Shown here: piece by piece, positions 60,100-64,000 of the stretch
How positions within the stretch are numbered: position 1 is the first letter of the stretch
Layout of the letters: each line of letters starts with the position of its first letter
NCBI GenBank assembly: GCA_036918135.1
Contig: JBALDB010000007.1
Location: forward strand, 288,001 to 352,000
DNA length: 64,000 nucleotides
Direction of reading: 5' to 3'
Source: Nostoc sp.
GTDB taxonomy: Bacteria > Cyanobacteriota > Cyanobacteriia > Cyanobacteriales > Nostocaceae
Translations under genes and position numbers: made by a program
Notes under the pieces: generated by a model
The model's database searches: none
What the model saw: the letters and a program-made list of their open reading frames with translations, nothing else
Told to the model about the DNA's origin: nothing

Positions 60100-60135
60100 C
60101 AAAAGTCAATTAAATAATTCGTAATTCTGAATTAT

Positions 60136-60534
60136 TTAATATGATTTTCCATCGCTACCAAAATATTCCCGATAACCACAAATTTGGTTTCCACGTACAT
60201 CAAAGGAAACCGCTACCCGATTTTTGTAAGGCTGTCCAAACAAAGGTCCCTCATCTCGAAATTCAAAAACAGCCGTTGTTTCATTGCTAGTAACATTGTC
60301 TAGATTAGTCAACTTCAAACCAGGACTGAAAGATTCAGAAACATACTCAAAAAATTCTCTTGCTCGTTCTTTTCCCGTATTTAAACCGTGAAATTTTCCC
60401 ATAGGAAACCAAAGAGTAAAATCTTCTGTGAGCATATCTAATAAGGCTTCCCACTCTCCTGTTGCCATACCATGCGTCAGATTCTCAAATGCCTGCCGAG
60501 CAACTTTTAAAGTATTTTCTGACTCTTGTGTCAT
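60136..60534 (-). CDS. SnoaL-like / NTF2 family protein
   Basis: 132 aa, Y.NR....F.VR..QI..YREYF motif. Confidence 0.85.
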   Translation of the reverse strand: MTQESENTLKVARQAFENLTHGMATGEWEALLDMLTEDFTLWFPMGKFHGLNTGKERAREFFEYVSESFSPGLKLTNLDNVTSNETTAVFEFRDEGPLFGQPYKNRVAVSFDVRGNQICGYREYFGSDGKSY

Positions 60535-60705
60535 TTTGATTTGCCTTTAATATTTAAGTTTTATACAATTTTGCTTTTTAAGTTATAAATTTACTACTAT
60601 TAGTAAGTTTTGCTAATTCATATTGGAAAAATTATACATAATTTAATTAATCGTAAAAGTATTTATGTAGTAGAAAGTTAGTTAATTGCCAAATTAAGGA
60701 GATGC

Positions 60706-61149
60706 ATGATGTCTAAGCGCGAAGCCATTATTCCAAAAGGGATGGAAATTCTTTTTGAAAAGTTTCATTATTGTCCTGGGATCAAAATTGGCAATACCTT
60801 ATATATTTCCGGACAGGTAGGCAGAGATCAGAATTTGCAAGTTGTTAAGGGAATAGAAGCTCAGTTTGTTCAAGCTTTTGAGAATGTTAATCAAGTGCTA
60901 AAAGCAGGAGGAGCTACATTCGATAATGTAGTTGAAATGATTACATACCATGTCACTGGAGCAGGACTAGGCGAATTCCAAACAGAAGCAGTATCACCTC
61001 ATATCATTCCATTTTTGCCAATCTTTATGCAGGTAAAAGACCGCTATTTTACCAACAACTTTCCTACTTGGACTGGACTGGGAGTAACGGGGCTATCTAC
61101 CCCAGGACTAATTGTTGAAATTAAGTGTACAGCAATTATTGATAGCTAA
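60706..61149 (+). CDS. RidA/YjgF family protein
   Basis: LYISGQVG, Q...AFEN, FP.WT.LGV..L and VEIK motifs. Confidence 0.9.
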   Translation: MMSKREAIIPKGMEILFEKFHYCPGIKIGNTLYISGQVGRDQNLQVVKGIEAQFVQAFENVNQVLKAGGATFDNVVEMITYHVTGAGLGEFQTEAVSPHIIPFLPIFMQVKDRYFTNNFPTWTGLGVTGLSTPGLIVEIKCTAIIDS

Positions 61150-62180
61150 AATCTGACAACTACTTTACCGCAATTTTGACCACTAAGCAAATATTCGACA
61201 GCAGCCGGAATTGATTCTATGCCGTTAAACTGAGTTGGGTCAATAGCAACTTTTACCTTGTCGGTGTAGAACAAATTTAATAGGCGATCGCGTGCCTCTA
61301 CCATATATTCTTTATAATGAGGCATGAGAAAACCTCTCACAGAAGCTGCTTTCCAAAATAGCTGGTGATAAATTCGTGGTTGTGTAATTTGTTCGCGATT
61401 CTTTGCGTATTCAGAAATAAAACCAACCACTACTAACCGACCCCGCACTGCCAAGTTTTCAACGCAGGTATCAAATACGTCTTTGCCTACACACTCAAAA
61501 ATGAGATTAATCCCGTTAGGATATTCTTGCTTGAGGACTTGATTGAGGTTTTCTGTGCGATAGTTGATAGTGCGATCGCACCCTAATTCTCTCAATAACT
61601 TTGCCTTCGCCTCAGAACTACAAGTACCAATCACATGATTACCTGCAAGTTTTGCCAGTTGCACCGCAATATGACCAGTTCCCCCTGCTGCTGCTGTCAC
61701 TAAAACTACTTCATTACTTTTCATCTCTCCCAGTTGTTCCAATGCAACTAAAGCTGATACACCTGTAGGCATTAGTGTTAGCAACTCTGGCGTTGCTTGG
61801 CGTACCTTCACAGCTAAGTTTGCGTCGATAACTTGATATTCTCGATAACCACCACGTACAGTAGTTACTACAGCATCACCTATTTGAAAATCTTTAACAT
61901 TTTCACCCATAGCGATAACTTCTCCCACAGCTTCCACACCTAAATCAAAGGGAGGCATTAAGTTGATATAGGGAACCTCCCCACGACAAAGTAAGGTATC
62001 AAAGCCACCGTTAATACCAGCAAACTTGTTTTGAATTAAAAGTTCACTAGCAGCAGGTTCGGAAATAGGAATTTCAACAATTTCAACGGCAGATTTAAAA
62101 TCTTGGTTAAGTTGCTTTGCTATTAATTTTTTGTAAGTTTTTGGGTTCATTCCAAATTTTAGGTTTAGCTTATTCATCAA
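61146..62180 (-). CDS. MDR-family NADP-dependent oxidoreductase
   Basis: PPFDLG.E.VG, VTAAAGGTG..AVQLAK and GKVVV motifs. Confidence 0.9.
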   Translation of the reverse strand: MMNKLNLKFGMNPKTYKKLIAKQLNQDFKSAVEIVEIPISEPAASELLIQNKFAGINGGFDTLLCRGEVPYINLMPPFDLGVEAVGEVIAMGENVKDFQIGDAVVTTVRGGYREYQVIDANLAVKVRQATPELLTLMPTGVSALVALEQLGEMKSNEVVLVTAAAGGTGHIAVQLAKLAGNHVIGTCSSEAKAKLLRELGCDRTINYRTENLNQVLKQEYPNGINLIFECVGKDVFDTCVENLAVRGRLVVVGFISEYAKNREQITQPRIYHQLFWKAASVRGFLMPHYKEYMVEARDRLLNLFYTDKVKVAIDPTQFNGIESIPAAVEYLLSGQNCGKVVVRF

Positions 62181-62432
62181 TTATTATTTTTAATGTCAGT
62201 CAGTATTGGACTTTGACAAAAAAGCTGTGTTCCTGTAAATATTGACTTTGTTAGCGAATTGCGATCGCTATCCTCAAAGCTTTGAGATGTCGTAGCGTCT
62301 CACCCCAGAAATTGGAGTTCATATGAATTAGCCAACAAAGTCCTGATATTTGCCAACCAGCTTCTTTTTACCCAAAGTCCAAAAAGTGCCTGAGATAGAA
62401 ACAACAATTTTTAAATTTTTGAGTAATATATG

Positions 62433-63812
62433 CTACTCTTTTGCCAAAGGATTATACCAGCGATCGCTCGGCAAGAGCAGTTTATCTGACTCAGGCGGGC
62501 CCCATGTATTTGGCTCATACTCGTAAACAGGTGTAACGTTATCGAGAATTGCCTGGACAATTCGCCATTCCTCTTCTACAGTATCTTCCCTTACAGACAA
62601 GGTGGGATCGCCCCGCATAGCATCACCCAATAAACGTTCATAGGGTTCCATCTCGTTGCCACCTCCGTAAAATGACAACAGTTCAACCGCAGAGCCGCTC
62701 ATGTCTTCTCCAGGGATTTTGGCACGAGTACCCAATGCCACAATTACCTCCGGCTCTAGTAAAAAACGAACATAATTAGTGTTTTCTTTTCCTTCCTCAT
62801 GGAACACATCTAGAGGTGGACACTTGAGCTTGACCATTACCTCAGTAGTTTTAACAGGCAAGTTCTTCCCAGCCCTGATGTAAATAGGAACTCCTGACCA
62901 CCGCCACGTATTAATAAAGAACCGCACGGCAACAAAAGTTTCTACTTGGGAATCAGGAGAAACACCTTCTTCGTTGCGGTAGCCGCAAAATTGACCGCGA
63001 ATAATATCATCGGGTTGCAGTGAAGGTATAGCTTTGAGAATACGCTCTTTTTCATCCCGGATGGCATCAAAAGCCGTACTGCCAGGAGCATCCATGCATA
63101 CTGAAGCCAATACTTGCAGCATATGGTTTTCCACTACATCCCGAATCGCACCAGTCTCCTCATAGAAGCGCCCCCGTCCTTGAATGCCAAAGTTCTCTGC
63201 CATAATTATCTGGATGCTTTCAACATAGTTGCGATTCCAGATTGGTTCCAGAAAAGAGTTGGCAAACCGAAAATAGAGTAAATTCAGCAGTGGTTCTTTA
63301 CCCAGGTAATGGTCGATGCGATAGATGGATGATTCGGGAAAAACTGATGTCACAATTTTATTTAATTCGCGTGCTGATTCTAAATCCCGTCCAAATGGTT
63401 TTTCAATTACCACCCGAGCATTTTTAGCACAGCCTGATTTGCCCAATCCTGTCACGACTTGTGCAAACAGGCTCGGTGGAATTGCCAGATAGTAAAGGGG
63501 ATGAGTTGCATCACCAAGGGCTTGACGTAATTTCTCGTAAGTTTCTGGTTTGTTGTAGTCACCTGAAAGGTACTGGAGTTGTGAGGAAAGTTTCTCAAAT
63601 GCGACTCGATCTACACCACCATGATGTTCTAGGCTATCACGTACCCTTTCCCTAAGTTGATCTGTTGTCCAAGATCGTCCAGCAACGCCAATCACTGGGA
63701 CATTGAGATTACCCCGCCGTGCCATTGCCTGAAGGCTGGGGAAGATTTTCTTGTAGGCCAGGTCGCCTGTCGCCCCAAAAAATACCAGTGCATCTGAATC
63801 AGGAGTTTCCAT
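62433..63812 (-). CDS. zwf: Glucose-6-phosphate 1-dehydrogenase (short paralog)
   Basis: [25 protein letters not shown] and RW.GVP motifs. Confidence 0.93.
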   Translation of the reverse strand: METPDSDALVFFGATGDLAYKKIFPSLQAMARRGNLNVPVIGVAGRSWTTDQLRERVRDSLEHHGGVDRVAFEKLSSQLQYLSGDYNKPETYEKLRQALGDATHPLYYLAIPPSLFAQVVTGLGKSGCAKNARVVIEKPFGRDLESARELNKIVTSVFPESSIYRIDHYLGKEPLLNLLYFRFANSFLEPIWNRNYVESIQIIMAENFGIQGRGRFYEETGAIRDVVENHMLQVLASVCMDAPGSTAFDAIRDEKERILKAIPSLQPDDIIRGQFCGYRNEEGVSPDSQVETFVAVRFFINTWRWSGVPIYIRAGKNLPVKTTEVMVKLKCPPLDVFHEEGKENTNYVRFLLEPEVIVALGTRAKIPGEDMSGSAVELLSFYGGGNEMEPYERLLGDAMRGDPTLSVREDTVEEEWRIVQAILDNVTPVYEYEPNTWGPPESDKLLLPSDRWYNPLAKE

Positions 63813-64000
63813 GACTAACCTCTTTAGGAATTAGCTTTTTCATGATGACCGCTCATATCGTTACTTTGCAGCCTTAAATTGTGAAAAATCACCAGATACT
63901 AGGACTTACTCTTACTCACCTTAAGTAAGTATTGGTAATATTTTTAATATTTAAATAATTTTCCCTCAATTGAGTAAAATTTGCTATTTTGTTTCCTCTG

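Noticed and set aside
28..63655. Numerous 60-150 aa ORFs antisense to or nested within larger genes (e.g. 943-1251, 9674-10021, 27484-28712, 35065-35421, 52773-53231, 53380-53652)
   Set aside because: They are shadow frames of well-supported genes or lack RBS and motifs.

Overview
64 kb of chromosome from a filamentous heterocyst-forming cyanobacterium (Nostoc-like). This is inferred from frequent HIP1 GCGATCGC sites, STRR heptamer repeats and cyanobacterial genes such as psb34, a thiO-thiG fusion and a cruA-like gene. Most of the window is ordinary metabolic and envelope genes: topoisomerase I paralog, hspA, P450, phosphoketolase, DUF318/TIGR03943 permease operon, cimA, sucCD, cobU, glycosyltransferases and a zwf paralog. 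The best candidates for an undescribed system are (1) an AT-rich defence-like islet with an overlapping Mrr-type nuclease + TOPRIM-like gene pair, flanked by a 21-bp tandem array and a decayed parDE; (2) a cysteine desulfurase-like / Mo sulfite-oxidase-like / TauE operon; (3) a KaiC-like double ATPase + receiver-histidine kinase module without kaiAB; and (4) a holin-like membrane protein near a non-catalytic peptidoglycan-binding protein. Other oddities are a SucD lacking its catalytic His, a CBS pseudo-kinase, an unannotated 45-aa membrane peptide, several pseudogenes, and nested small mobile repeats including in-frame insertions in genes. I saw no rRNA, tRNA, CRISPR array or intact transposase. 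All family calls come from motif recognition by eye, not from database searches.
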